The translations under genes and the position numbers were made by a program. From Haliotis rubra (Eukaryota), in assembly GCF_003918875.1 (NCBI RefSeq), contig NW_025767333.1:1-64000 (forward strand): a stretch of DNA of 64,000 bases, given 5' to 3'. Numbering within the stretch: the first letter of the stretch is position 1; every line of letters begins with the position of its first letter. Shown one piece after another: positions 48,301 to 61,297 of this stretch. Under the pieces are notes generated by a model. It saw only the letters and a program-made list of their open reading frames with translations. It did no database searches and was not told where the DNA came from.

Positions 48301-51300
48301 ATGGCTGGCCTTGGTCTACTGGTGGTGTTGAGTGTCCTTGGGGTGTCCCGGGCTTTGAACAACGGCCTCGCCCTCACCCCGCCCATGGGTTTCCTGGACT
48401 GGGAGAGGTTCCGGTGTAATACGGACTGTGTCAATGACCCGGATAACTGCATCAGGTACGTGCTGTAACTGGGTAGTGACCTTGTGGTTACTGAGAAAAT
48501 CTTTAAACATAAAACTTCAATGTTTTAACGTATAAATTATGTTAGATGCAATCCCAATATTAAATACACCATAAAAGCATTATATTTTTAAAGAGGTTCA
48601 CCGTTGTCGGCCTAAAGGAAACTCTAATATTTTCGATTGAGGTATTTTCTTACTCGCAATTTTGTCATTCAAATTTATGAATAAAATATGTTTAAAACAA
48701 ACAATGACCAAAACAAGTGTTCATGAAATGTTTAACTGCTTCACAGCACATATCACAAACACATGCAAAGTCAGGTTAAATTGAATGAATCCCAGGAACA
48801 TATGCTATATATTTGTTAAACAAGTATGGTATTCAAGATATTTTTATGGATTAAACTTCTTTTAATTTCATTTAATTAATCCATTTAATTTTAATCCATA
48901 CAAATATCTTGGACATCAATGTACAACTTCTAAATGCCACTGAAAGACAAGTATGGTATTTACCATATGTCCCTGGGTTTCATTTATTGACCGAAAGACT
49001 AAGGGATTGAGCACAAATGCACCACTAATGGTCGTCTTTTCCCTTCTCATTGTTTAGAAAGCGATTCATAGACAGTACTCACTATGAAATCGGACTGTCA
49101 CAATGGACTTTTGAAATGTTTTTGACACCTTAAAGAAGACTTTTTCCGGGGAAAATGTTAATAGTGGGGTTTACATTGAGAGGATACCTATTCATATGAC
49201 ATGAGCTTAAATGACATGGAACATAAATCAGAATGCCAATATTACAAGTTAGAAAATACCTCAAACGAAAATAATACATTTTCTTTTAGGGTGACGGCGA
49301 AATATAATACTTGTTTTGCATGGTGTATTTAACTGTAGTAGTGTGGTTGCATCCTTCACTCTGGGAAGCGAACGTTTGTTATATCTGAAAGCATTCTGGT
49401 TCCTACATTTCCGTGAGACGCTGATGGAGTGATGAAAGCTTCTCTGAGAAGTTATCTGTAAAATAGTTGTTTGTCAGTATCATATTAATTGTACCATCAA
49501 AGGTCACCGACTATCATGTATACGCTTTAATCTTTCTGGCTTTCCGACAAAGTGAGCATTACTTACTTAATGTTCACCAATGGGCAGCTGTGGCTCTACA
49601 GACATGTCTGTGTTTGACAATCTCGATGATCAGGTTTGATTCTTACCTGGGCTAAAAGACGGATAGTTAGCAACGTTGGTATCTCCATGTGTCTTCCTCC
49701 ATGCATACATATAGGTTACACAAACTCAAATATTATCTCATTTTTTTTTTTTTTGAAAAACAAATTTCCCCATAATATTTATTTAAAAAAATAAAAAAAT
49801 ATTATCTCATTGACTTCTATACTAACGTTATATATTTTTTTAAAATAACTAAGATATCAACAGCTATTACATGTACACGTGTGCATAGTCTGACCTTAAA
49901 GAAGCAATAAAAATATAAAACATGAACACCTCATCCTTTTCCAAGTACAGGAAGCTAAACAGACCGACCCCAGTTCCGCACAAAATGTCAACTGCTTGAA
50001 GATAATGTGGTTACATTCAGTATAAGTCATCAACAAGACAGCACTGAATATAGAAAAACCATGATCAGCTTTAATTACTGGTTCGATGTATATTTAAAAA
50101 CACAAAAAACTTACACAAAATCACCCAATCACAGCTATCAGATGATTCAGTCTGCACTGAAGGTTCGGGATGAAAAGTGTGCGTTAAAATACTGATTCTG
50201 ATTTGGTGTAGTATACAGTAAAAATAGTGATCGATCTTAAGCAATGACATGATTTTTATCGCCATATTATATTTGGCCGCTTTTGCATGACATTACTAGT
50301 TAGGATTGGTGTTCAGCAACCCATGATTTTCGTGAGAGGCGACTAACGGGATCGGGTGGTCAGACTCACTGACCTGGTTGACTCATGTCATCGTATCGCA
50401 ATAGTGTAAATCGATGCTCATGCTGTTGATCACTGGGTTGTCTGGTCCAGACACAGCTATTTTCAGACCGTCGCAATATAGCTGGAATATTGCCGAGTGC
50501 GGCGTAAAACAAACAAGCAAAGCATTGCTCAGGTTCCATGTCAAGGCTAACTATAGGCCGTGTTGTCAACAGCTAGATATCATCAAGTTATCAACTATAA
50601 CGTCATCTCATAAACCATTGACCTAGTCCGTGGTGTTATTAACTCGTCAACTAACTGGGCCGTGTTATTATCTACTGCATAGGTCGCGTTATCGCCCGGT
50701 GCAAAAAGATAATTTTATTAGCACTAAAATATGCTATGGTCTCATCAACCAATCGAAAACAAGGTGTTATCGACTGATACAACAAGTCGTGATATCAACC
50801 AGTACAACAACACGCTTGTCGTAAGAGGCGACTAAAGGGATCAGTGTGCCGTTGTTCAAAACAACCTTAGCGCTAAGACACCTTAAGTCTATGTTAAGGT
50901 ATGGGAATTACGGTCACCTTAGCGCTAAGACACCTTAAGTCTATGTAAAGGTATGGGGGTTACGGTCACCTTAGCGCTTAGACACCTTAAGTCTAAGTTA
51001 AGGTATGGGAGTTACGGTCACCTTAGCGCTTAGACACCTTAAGTCTATGTAAAGGTATGGGAGTTATGGTCACCTTAGGGCTAAGATTACCTTAAGTCTA
51101 TGTAAAGGTATGGGAGTTACGGTCACCTTAGCGGTAAGATCGCTTTGCGAAACGGCACTGAGGTGGCCAGGATCGTTTATTTGGTTGACACATGTTATCG
51201 TATCAAAACGCGTAGGTTGATGCTCTAGATCCGGGGCCATATAGCGTTAAACAAGAAAGAAACAAATACTATTGTTTCCATAGTCGACTGGCATTGTTTA

Positions 51301-54300
51301 CGGGTGGGAGAGATGACGTATGGTTCATCACGGGAATGGTCCTCTTTAGAGTACAACTATTAAAATCACCAAGAATACATTTTTGAGCTTCCGGTCAAAG
51401 TGTCTCTAACTTCGGAATCGTGTGGTTGATCCTGTCTACAGGGGGACAGATGTAAGGGTACCAACTTATCTTCAGGAGTAGATTGTGGTGTGTGGTGGGC
51501 GCGGAGAGTACTTGGATGGGTGACCGTGTTTGGCAGCTTGACTCCTGAGAGTTTCTAGGACTTCAGTCCTGCCCCAAAATGAAGCACATGTGATATATGT
51601 GGTCTCACCTTGGGCAAGTGAGTTTGTTCAAAATTGCCTCTGTTCACCCAGCAGAAAATGGGTACCCGGTGGGGTAAGTCATGTGACTATTAACCTTTAG
51701 TCGCCTCACTGTCAGCTTGGGTTATGCAGGGTAATAATAATCAGATTGTGCGCTTTGAGCATCCTTATGTTTGGAAATAGCGCCATAGAAATACACTGTA
51801 ATTATTATTATAGTAGATATGGGACAGGAGAAGCTCGCGATAGCAGTGAGGGGAGTAGTCCGAGGTCTAACACCAAGGCCATGTGTTACCATGATGTTCA
51901 TGTAATAATAATAGTAATAATAATAAGATTACTTTTATCGCTGTATTAGCGCTACTGGGCATCTGTAAGGTGGATATTAAGCGCTTTACAAATGTACTAT
52001 TATATTATATAGCGCCTCGTCCACATCACTCAGGGACATGCTATAAGCGCGTAACACATATACAGGTTCTATGTACAGGAAAATTGGTGTATAGATAGAT
52101 ATAGATATTTCTTGAAGATGTGAGTTTTGAGCTTGGACTAAAGACTTGCAGTGACGGGGAGGTTTTAAGATCCGATGGAAGAGAGTTCCAGAGGTTGGCA
52201 GCAGCATGAGAATATGAATTTGCACCAAAGGTTTTGAGTTGGTACACGGGGACAAATAGCAAGAGTTGATCAGTGGAGCGAAGAGACCTTTCCGGTTTGT
52301 ACAGTGTTATCAAGTCCTGGAGGTATGCTGGTCCAGTGTCATTAATCGACTGATAGACAAGGGAGGGCGGTTTAAATTCAGTCCTCTCGCAGCAGCATGG
52401 TTCTGTATTTTCTGGAGGCGCTGTAATTGTTCATCAGAGATACCAAATAGTAAACTCTTACAGTAGTTAAAACTACAGTTCGAATGATGTAGGTCGCGCT
52501 CGTCATTTCAAACTATTATTTACATCAACATATTACATTCCAGCGAGAAGTTGTTCATGACGATGGCAGACATTATAGCGGAAGAGGGCTACCGCGAGCT
52601 CGGCTACGAATACATCGGCATCGACGACTGCTGGCCCTCCAAATCGCGAGACGCTGACGGCAACCTCGTGGCAGACCCAGAGAGGTTCCCCAACGGAATC
52701 CTCGGTCTCTCTCGATATGTAAGAGTTTAGATGAATCCCGTGCTCTGACTTTGGTGTCAATAGTCTTTCCTTTTGTTGCACATATTAGTGAGTGAGTGAG
52801 TGAGTGAGTGAGTGAGTGAGTGATACCATGGCGTGTCAACGACGTGCGGGAACGCTGCCTGAAATGATAAAGGGTTACACGTTTGACAAATTGAATTTAT
52901 TTTACAATCGTTACAAGGCTAACAAGACTAAAAACATACTGTCTTATTTGTTTCAGTTGAATCACCATCTAGTTGAGTATACCATATGTGCATACTTTTG
53001 TTTGTCCGGAATTTAGAACCATAATCAACCAAATCTTGAATATGGAATTTGAATTCACGATTATAGGTTAAACGCAACCCTCTACAGCAAACTGCGGCTT
53101 CTACTGTTCTATCCAAAGATACATGGTGTATTAGTAGAACCGCAGTATTTTGCCTTCGGTTCGGTATACCGTAATGCAATCCTAAAGTTCGATATGTTCG
53201 GTTTTCGTACCGTCGTTGTAGTAACCTTTTAAAATATTTTTTAAAATGTCTAGAAATGGAATCATGTTGTAAAAATCTATGCATTTCTTTGCCAGACGGT
53301 CGCTATTTTCCGGGAAGTAAGTTCTCATATATCCAACCCAAAAGGACCGAACCGAAGGCCTTGTACCATATTGCGCACCGTACTGTGGTAGAAGCGTACC
53401 GTTTCACCCATAGCGGTCACAATGTGTTTTTTTTTACCGAATATCTTAACACGTAAGAAAAATTCCAAAATGCTTCCATAATGGTTCCACAGATGCTCAA
53501 CTTCAGTTCTCAAAGATACCTTAATATCTCTATAACATATGTGCATTATTGATCGATTGAGTATATGCTTGACATCCTTTGTGTACTAGTTTCCAACATT
53601 GTTTCCAACCCTCTGTATGGCTGTTTAATGGTAAATTAAATGTAAACGAGATCTTTTATGCTGCACTTCAAAGGTCCATTCCCGTGGACTGAAACTAGGA
53701 AACCGACACATTCTTACCGTTTTGTACCGTGACCATATAATGCCGTATAATGGCAATATGTATTGGATCTGTCATGTTACTTTTCACAGGTACATTCACG
53801 TGGGCTAAAACTGGGTATCTATGGAGACGTCGGTACCAAGACATGCGCAGGGTACCCTGGCAGCCAAGACTACACGAAACAGGACGCCAAGACGTTTGCA
53901 AGATGGGAACTAGACTTGCTCAAGTTTGATGGCTGTAACACAGATGTAAACCGCTCGGCAATACGTGAGATATCAAGCAACAGTTTCACCTGAACTTTGT
54001 TTATGCATCCAAGTACAACCTAATGAATACTGTTCTAGTAAAAATCCAGTATGATTTTAGTATTCAGCATATCGCCCAGCATAACAAAAAACCCACATTG
54101 TATATCACCACGTGGAGTTTGCAGTCAGGACATTAGGAGACATCGAGTGATCAGGAACTGGTAGTGGTGCATTTTTGTGTTTCAGATTTCCCCTTAATGA
54201 GTCAAAGCCTGAACGCGACTGGCAGACCTATCCTCTTTACGTGTGAATGGTTTAGTGCAGACCTGACCAAGGTATGTATATGTCTAAGTCCTACCATGAA

Positions 54301-57300
54301 TTTGGAAAATTACTCGTTTCTAACTGGTCAGCAAAACCTCCCCAAATAACATGTTTGTTAATGGCTAAATTGATGACCGCATTACCGCGACAGGAGATAA
54401 ATACAGGTTATCACGCGAATGTGTTTTGGGATGGTTAATATCCTGCATTGGGAATAAACATTGTATTTAGCGAGCCTTGACGAGCGTGATAACCTATTTA
54501 TCATACAATGTAATTCTAATTTATAATAAAAAAAGCGATTTCAATTGCCACAAATCATGAAACGAACTTCATGGAATGTGCACAGATATCTATGACGTCA
54601 CAAATGTGCGCGTAGTAATACGTTGAGTCACAAGCTCGGTGACAATTTTCTTCTGATCACTCAATTGACTGCGTTGGGTCATCTAGTTCCCAGTACGTTT
54701 TTATGTTAAAGCAGGTATTCTTGCCAACAAATCTTAGCTTACGTTTGAAAAATAACAACAAACTTGTGTGGAACATCAGAAACTTTCATTTACCTTTTGA
54801 ACAACAAATTCACATTACTGTTCGCGGGACATTCTGCACCTGGATTCCTGTACCGCCTGCTCGCTAACACCAGGGCGACTATAAGACGTTGTAGATTATC
54901 CCTGCTAACACTGCCAGTCGGTCGGAGTACTGGTGTTGGTATCTTTGTAAGCCTATGAATTTCTATCTTCGCTTCGTGATCCACGCCATCTATCGTAACC
55001 AGACATGACTTTTCTTGAATCAAAGCACTGGCAGTACCGTAACCACAGCCGTCAATCTGGACACCATCGCCGACACGCTACGCCATGTTTGTTTACAATG
55101 TGAAAGTAGTCCCTTAAATTTGCACATGACCTCTCTAATTTACATAGATATCCGTCTATGACCCCAGCGGAAACCGAAAATATCCGTTGGCTTTATCCTA
55201 CAGAGAACGCTATTCATTGATTAGGGAAATATTTTTACAGGGTGAATCAGCCTGTCTGTGAGGTCTCTCTATCTGTCTGGGTGGTCTAGCTGCCTGTGTG
55301 GTCCATCTATCTGCCTGTGTGTATGCCACTTGGCCAGTATGTGTGTGGGTGTCTGTCTGCCTGTCTGTCTGTGTGTCTGCCCGTCCTTTTGTATCATTCG
55401 TCACCACTCGCTCCTTTCCGTAACCTCCAAGAAGACTCGTCCCCCTATCGATGCTTGTTATGTGCGAAAATACGACAAACCAATCAGAACGCGCGTAATG
55501 AGTGCAGTGCTTTGATAAAAATAATCCCGAGTACTTAAATCGTTAATGTCATTATGTCATTGTTTAAAAAATCATGAAAAATATATCTCGTCATATTGAA
55601 AGTACAAAGAACATAGCTAATAGGATTTTGCTGCCTATTATGAGGTTTTTAATAAGAATCATGCGATTGACGGTGAGAGATTCACGCACGTGCGTTTGTT
55701 GACATAACGGCTCTCATGGGTCCATCTGTGATTATTAAACCCTATTTAGAAATTTAACTTAATTGGAAATATAAGGCGAACAGCTGATAATAATTACGTC
55801 AGAATATGTCGTTAACAAATATATTTTTCACCTTTTAGTTGTTTCAAGGAGGTTTAATTCTTTAAAATCAATAAGCAAAATCAGCAATACAATGTATGAG
55901 TGCTTCGGTGGTATTACGTACCATTGGTATCAAACAAGAATAGAGTTATTGTTCCTGTTTGAAGTAGTTCTGATGTTCCTACGCCAATATGAAATCCTTC
56001 CAGAGGGGCACGAGTCGCTATTCGGCTTGTCCCGGAATAACACGAGTTGGTCTCGAATGCTCTTGCATGTGTGTATGTATGAGTCTGTATGTGTGTCTGT
56101 ATCACTGCCAGAGTAATATTTGCACATTTGATTTCATTGTCTGTTTCACACGTTTGTCACGATGGAATTTTGTAAATGCTTCGAGTCTTACCCCGCCAAC
56201 CCTCATTGCACCTACGTGTTTCTAGCACTCCCACTACATCAACAACAGCGAGTACTGCAACAGCTGGAGGACTCTGAAGGACGTCCAGGACAACTGGCCG
56301 TCAGTCCTTGGCATCATCCAGGCTTATGCCCAAAATGTCGGGGACTTCATCTCAGTATCAGGTCCAGGGTCCATCAACGACCCTGATCAGGTGAATATAT
56401 ACACACACAAAACGAGTGATTCAGTCATTATCAGTGACCGTCTCTCCATTACTTTCCTCTCTCTCTATTTTGCCTCTTTCGTGTCTTTCTGTTCAGGGGC
56501 GGTGGGGTAGCCTAGTGGTTAAAGAGTTCGCTCTTCACGCCGAAGACCCGGGTTCGATTCTCTACTTGGGTACAATGTGTAATCCCACTTCTGGTGTCTC
56601 CCGCCGTGATATTGCTTGAATAGTGCTAAAAGCGGCGCAAAATACAACTCACTCTCCTACTTTCTGAAAGTGTCTGTGAAGTTATTGGTGCTATATTTGT
56701 TTTTAAAGTTTTGTTTCGAAATAGCGAGGTTGGTTGAGTGATATTCGGGGCTCATTGGGAAAGTCATGGTTAAAGAGAAATGACATCCCAACGGTCAGCC
56801 TCGAGCAGTTGAGTGAGTGAGTATGGTTTTACGCCGCTTTTAGCAATATTCCAGCAATATCACGGCGGGGTACACCAGAAATGGGCTTCACACATTGTGC
56901 CCATGTGGGGAATCGAACCCGGGTCTTCGGCGTGACGAGCCAACGCTTTAACCACTAGTCTACCCCACCGCCCCCTCGAGCAGTTGAAGGGTAACCAGCC
57001 GTCAACTGCCCTCGTGCCATTCCTCTTTGCACAGGCGGCAATACTGGAATCGTTGACTTCAAACATAGGCCTTCAGATGTTAATATGGAAACAATGTTTG
57101 CCATCTGACTTTATTTACGATATCTCAGAGTGGAACTGAGAATGTGTGGAATGAACACCATACAGCGTGACATCACTTCATTCATCTCAAATTGAGGATT
57201 TCTAGTCAATTTGAGAAATTTCAAAGAAGATTAAGCTTTCTGTTGCTGTTCTGTATAAATTATATAATTCTATCTAAATGAGATTTATTCCCTCGAAATA

Positions 57301-60157
57301 TTACACATAATGCCATGAATAGAGACTGAGGCTTCTATTTGGTGTTTAGCTTATCATCGGGGACTTCAGTCTGAGTTATGACCAGGAGAGGGCTCAGTTC
57401 GGGATGTGGGCGATGTTTGCCGCCCCACTCTACATCTCCGCTGATCTGAGGACTATCAGACCACAGGCCAAGGCCATTCTACAAAACAGGGGCGTCATTG
57501 CCATCAACCAGGACCCACTTGTAAAGGGGGCCAATATGATAAAAGAGGTGAGATTATTTTGAAAACCAACAAAATGGACACGACTCTTTCCTTAGAAAAA
57601 ATAGTCGCCCCTAACGTCAACACCAATGACGAATTCATTATGAATTTGGAACAATAATTTGAAAAGAATTTGCATATTCCGTCAAATGGATTTATTTAAA
57701 TATGAAACACCAGGTATTGACTACTTTCAGCAAGTGATGTAGTCAATATATATTTATAATTTATATTACAGTGCACCCTGGTTATAATTCCACCCTGGAT
57801 ATAATGCCATGTTTTTGCCAGAACGGATTTCCTGACTATATTATACACTGGTTATAATGCCATACTGGATATAATGCCATTTGCCAAAGATTTTGGAACA
57901 AAAAGTCATTTTTCCCTGGTTATAATGCCAATTACACTGGCTGCAGGTAGTATAATACCTTACTTGGTTAGTTGACATAACTCAAATAAATTGACCAAAC
58001 ACATTAATGCTTTAAGTAGTTTTGTCATCCGAGATAGGATGACATATGTGACAATACACTTCCTGCCACCTACAACATAAAGTCACCTGCAGCCCTTAGA
58101 CGCTGGGATTATCCAGTCATTCAAGATTCATTACAGGAGACATCAACTCAATCACCTTGTTGATTGCATAGGGCCTCTTACTGTCCTACCTGATTATAAT
58201 GCCATCCTGGATATAATGCCACGTTTTCTCCTGGACAAATGTGGCATTATAACCAGGGTATACTGTATTTTTAACATAATAATATACTATAGTATACTAA
58301 TAATGTATATATTAGTTTTCACTAATCAAAATTATAACAAAAACAAAAAACACCATGACGTTTTCAGCAGTTCATTTCGATATATATTGACAGCAGTCGT
58401 CATTAAGACAATTCCTATGTTTGAATCCCGTTAATCATGTCGTGGTTGTTGTGTATTGCGCGCAAACGCATCCCAAAATGCGTTTGTAAACGTTTGTCAT
58501 AAACATTAAAACGATACATGAAAAGTGCATGCAGAAAACGTTTTCCACATGTGGAGAGACATCGAGGGAAACATGTGGAGAGACATCGACTATAAAGGCC
58601 AAACCAAATTCATAATTTCATTACAACATTTACGAAGATAATAAAATGCCAAGGCGTAATGCTACTGACCGAAATATCGCCTTTGGACGTTTGGAGGCAG
58701 GGAAGTCCCAGTCTACCGTTGCAAGACACTTCAACGTCCACCACAGCACCATACCTCGATTATGGTATCGATATACTCGCTTCATTTCGATCCAAGATCG
58801 TCCTAGAAGTGGAAGACTAAGAGTGACCACTCCTGCTCAGGACCGATTCATCCGGGTGTTCCACCTTAGTCACCGATTTGCTACAGCCACGGACACTGCG
58901 AGGTCAGGTGCCTGGTCTTCGAAGAATTTTGGACCAATAATTAAAAATCGTCTGAGAGAAGTGGGAATTCGAGCATATCGACCAAAAGTTGGACCTGTCC
59001 TGACGCAACTCCACCGACAACGATGTATCCAAAGGTGCAAGAGGGTACAGGTATGGAACTGGCGAACTGGCGTCTTTGGTTTCACGATGAATTGCGTTTC
59101 CTCCTCCAACGACGGGATGAGAGACAACGTCTATATATCGACATCGACACGAACGTTTTGCGTCGAACTGCGTTCGACAGGTGGGCAGATTTGGTGAAGA
59201 GCGCGTAATGGTGTGGGGAGATCAGAGCTAGAGGTGTTTCAAGTCAATCTTACACCAAATCGCTACATCGACCAAATCCTGCGACCTCACCACTTTCTAA
59301 CCGCCAGAAGGAGGTGTTTCAGCACGACAACGCTCGATCCCGCACAGGTCGTGTAACAGGTGCCTATCTCGCCAATGCAAACGTCAATGTCCTTCCAAAA
59401 CGTCTGATCTGAACCAAATCGAGCATTTATCCAACTTAATCGACTTATGTACACTTAAATACGTTTAATACATTTCCTTATTTTTGGCATGTGCGTTTCT
59501 TTTTTTAAAGAGTTTAATACAAACATACAAGTATAAATATTAATATCGGCAAAAACACTGAGCTCCAGTGACGCGTAACGTTTTTTATTCAGGCTATATC
59601 CATGAATGGATGAGTGAGGTTTTACAATTACAGGGGGCACCAGAAAAATATCCTCAACATACCGAGGTATCGAAGCGAACGAGCGAACGCTTTAACCACT
59701 AAGCTTATTCCTTTAATCTCAAACATCGTTTTCACAGGGAAAACAATGTCTCATATGCATCATCTGTCACTACGAGTGTCTGTGTCTGTCTGTGTGCATA
59801 TGTGTGTGCCTCTATTGATGTTCTCTTCTTGTGCTATTGGGTGTGTCTGTCTACGCGAAGACTTACAAGAATGTTCATGTCTGTTGTTTTCAATTGCAGA
59901 TTCAAAACGTGCAGGTCTGGCTGAAGCCTTTGGTGAAACCCGGAAGTTATGCAGTAGCTTTCTTCAACCCGAACTCTGCTGGCACGCCAACGCGCATGTC
60001 CCTGACCCTGGCGGATATCACACTGACCAATCAGAACGGCTATAACGTTACTGACGTGTTTGATGACGTCAGTATGGGAATGTTCAAGCCGAGTGGTCAG
60101 TTCAATGTGACTGTCAACCCAACAGGAATTGTGCTGGTCAAGGCGGTTCCTCTTTGA
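48301..60157 (+). CDS. NAGA: GH27 alpha-N-acetylgalactosaminidase / alpha-galactosidase A-like, 7 exons: 48301-48455, 52544-52718, 53790-53964, 54186-54271, 56226-56390, 57350-57547, 59900-60157 (403 aa)
   Basis: Signal peptide, then [27 protein letters not shown]; IDDCW; ERFPNG; [18 protein letters not shown]; nucleophile LKFDGC; acid/base WRTLKD; NDPDQL; AAPL..S.DLR; INQDPL. All introns are GT-AG and phase-consistent (1212 nt total). NAGA versus GLA assignment is uncertain. Confidence 0.95.
50305..50520 (+). mobile_element. SINE-like repeat family A
   Basis: gaggcgactaacgggatcgggtggtcag...gctggaatattgccgagtgcggcgtaaaac(aaac)n. Confidence 0.9.
50843..51160. mobile_element. MITE with an internal 52-bp tandem array (~5 units), inserted in a family A SINE
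   Basis: Imperfect inverted ends gtgccgtt..caaaac / cgctttgcgaaacggcac. Unit ccttaagtctatgt.aaggtatgggagttacggtcaccttagcgctaagaca. SINE A sequence resumes on both sides. Confidence 0.7.
51475..51812 (+). mobile_element. CORE-type SINE with a 5S rRNA-like segment and L2-type tail
   Basis: agtacttggatgggtgaccg (51507-51526) resembles the 5S internal control region; CORE-like ccttgggcaagt...gcctctgttcacccagcagaaaatgggtacc; tail gcgctttgagcat...agcgccatagaaat...(tta)n. Confidence 0.6.
51935..52465 (-). mobile_element. L2-clade LINE 3' fragment
   Basis: [23 protein letters not shown]... and [18 protein letters not shown]...[18 protein letters not shown] are typical of the L2 ORF2 C-terminus; L2-type tail present twice. 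Confidence 0.8.
56496..56655 (+). mobile_element. tRNA-derived SINE family B
   Basis: Head ggggcggtggggtagcctagtggttaaag...gacccgggttcgattc (A and B boxes); tail aaaagcggcg...actcactc. Confidence 0.9.
56811..56975 (-). mobile_element. tRNA-derived SINE family B with TSD
   Basis: Reverse complement of the 56496 copy, flanked by the direct repeat ctcgagcagttga. Confidence 0.92.
57769..58265 (+). mobile_element. pogo/Tigger-derived non-autonomous element
   Basis: TA|CAGTGCACCCTGGTTATAAT...ATTATAACCAGGGTATACTG|TA, with subterminal ctgg.tataatgcca repeats and an internal pogo DDD remnant [24 protein letters not shown]. Confidence 0.9.
58646..59435 (+). mobile_element. Tc1/mariner transposase pseudogene (element ends not resolved)
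   Basis: Paired-like HTH MPRR...[29 protein letters not shown]...DRPRSGR; LWFHDE; VMVWG; FQHDNA; DLNQIEHL, with frameshifts and deletions. Confidence 0.9.
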
Positions 60158-60254
60158 GACATATTAAGATAAAGTCACTGGTGTTTAATGGCTTTTTGAA
60201 CATAAATTATGAATACGTTCATTAGATGACGGTGGTCAAGGGGGTTGTAACATA

Positions 60255-60793
60255 CTATAGTCTGTTTGCAGTGAAAACGTACCGATGAATTTCACGTTAA
60301 ACAGAAAAGTAAATCAAATAAAGAAAAATTATGATTGCGAATCCTCATATCTTTACCTTGCCACTTTAACATAAAAATCTCAGAATTTTATTTAACTTAG
60401 GATAAAAGTTGTTTAACAAACGATCATGTTTCAAATCGATGTAATTGGTTTGTATTACAAGGGGGTATGCACATTAAATGAAGCCCCGAGAACAAGAAGG
60501 GTTGGTTTCTACGGTAGTCTTAGTTAACGCTCATCACGTACCGCACGTGCATTTGTTTCACTGTACCAACTACTGCGTGTACCCCCTGGTAATACATACC
60601 AATAATAGCGATTTGAAACAATGATCGTTTGTTAAACAACTTTTATCCTAAGTTGAATAAAATTCTGAGATTTAAATGTTCAATTGGCAAGGTAAAATTA
60701 TGAGGATTCGCAATCTTAATTTCACTTTATTTGATTTACTTTTTTGTTTAAAGTGAAATTCATCGGTACGTTTTCACTGCAAACAGACTATAG
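60255..60793. mobile_element. Foldback MITE with ~210-bp inverted arms and TA flanks
   Basis: ta|ctatagtctgtttgcagtgaaaacgtaccgatgaatttcac... versus ...gtgaaattcatcggtacgttttcactgcaaacagactatag|ta; arms at ~60255-60468 and ~60574-60793. Confidence 0.9.
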
Positions 60794-61048
60794 TATTTCT
60801 CTCGATTCGATTTGGTAAATTTGGTAAATGTATTTATCAGAAATAGCATTCATTCGTGTTCACAATAAAAGCCACTTTAACTGGAACTACCGAGCTTCTG
60901 TCGTGATCGTCAGTCAGAATGCAGTGTTTTGTCAGTATTATCTGCTTGGCGGGATTTACAATTTTTACGAATTCTGATTCTGCACGAGTGCATCCATAAA
61001 CATTTGCGGGCTACATTGTGTTTGTGGAAATGTTTTTCTTGTTTCTAG

Positions 61049-61297
61049 GACCCGTGAATGTCCGGGTTAGAATATTGATTTTCAGTAACCCATGCTTTTC
61101 GTAAGCGGCGACTAACGGGATCGGGTGGTCAGACTCGCTGACTTGGTGGACACATGTCATCGGTTCCCAATTGCGCAGATCGATGCTCATGCTGTTGATC
61201 ACTGGATTGTCTGGTCCAGACTCGGTTATTTACAGACCGCCGCCATATAGCTGGAATATTGCTGAGTGCGAAGTAAAACTAAACTCACTCACTCACT
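61049..61297 (+). mobile_element. SINE-like repeat family A, full length
   Basis: gacccgtgaa..ccgggttagaat...cgtaagcggcgactaacggg...gctggaatattgctgagtgcg...(actc)n; at least 6 related copies in the window. Confidence 0.9.

Noticed and set aside
51507-51526. 5S rRNA gene
   Set aside because: Only ~20-30 nt match, embedded in a SINE.
54370-55540. Possible non-autonomous DNA transposon in GH27 intron 4
   Set aside because: Looks repeat-like, but no convincing TIR pair or TSD could be defined by eye.
56496-56570. tRNA-like sequences (also at 47899 and 63235-63305)
   Set aside because: SINE heads: they continue into shared SINE bodies with tails and TSDs and lack a proper acceptor stem.
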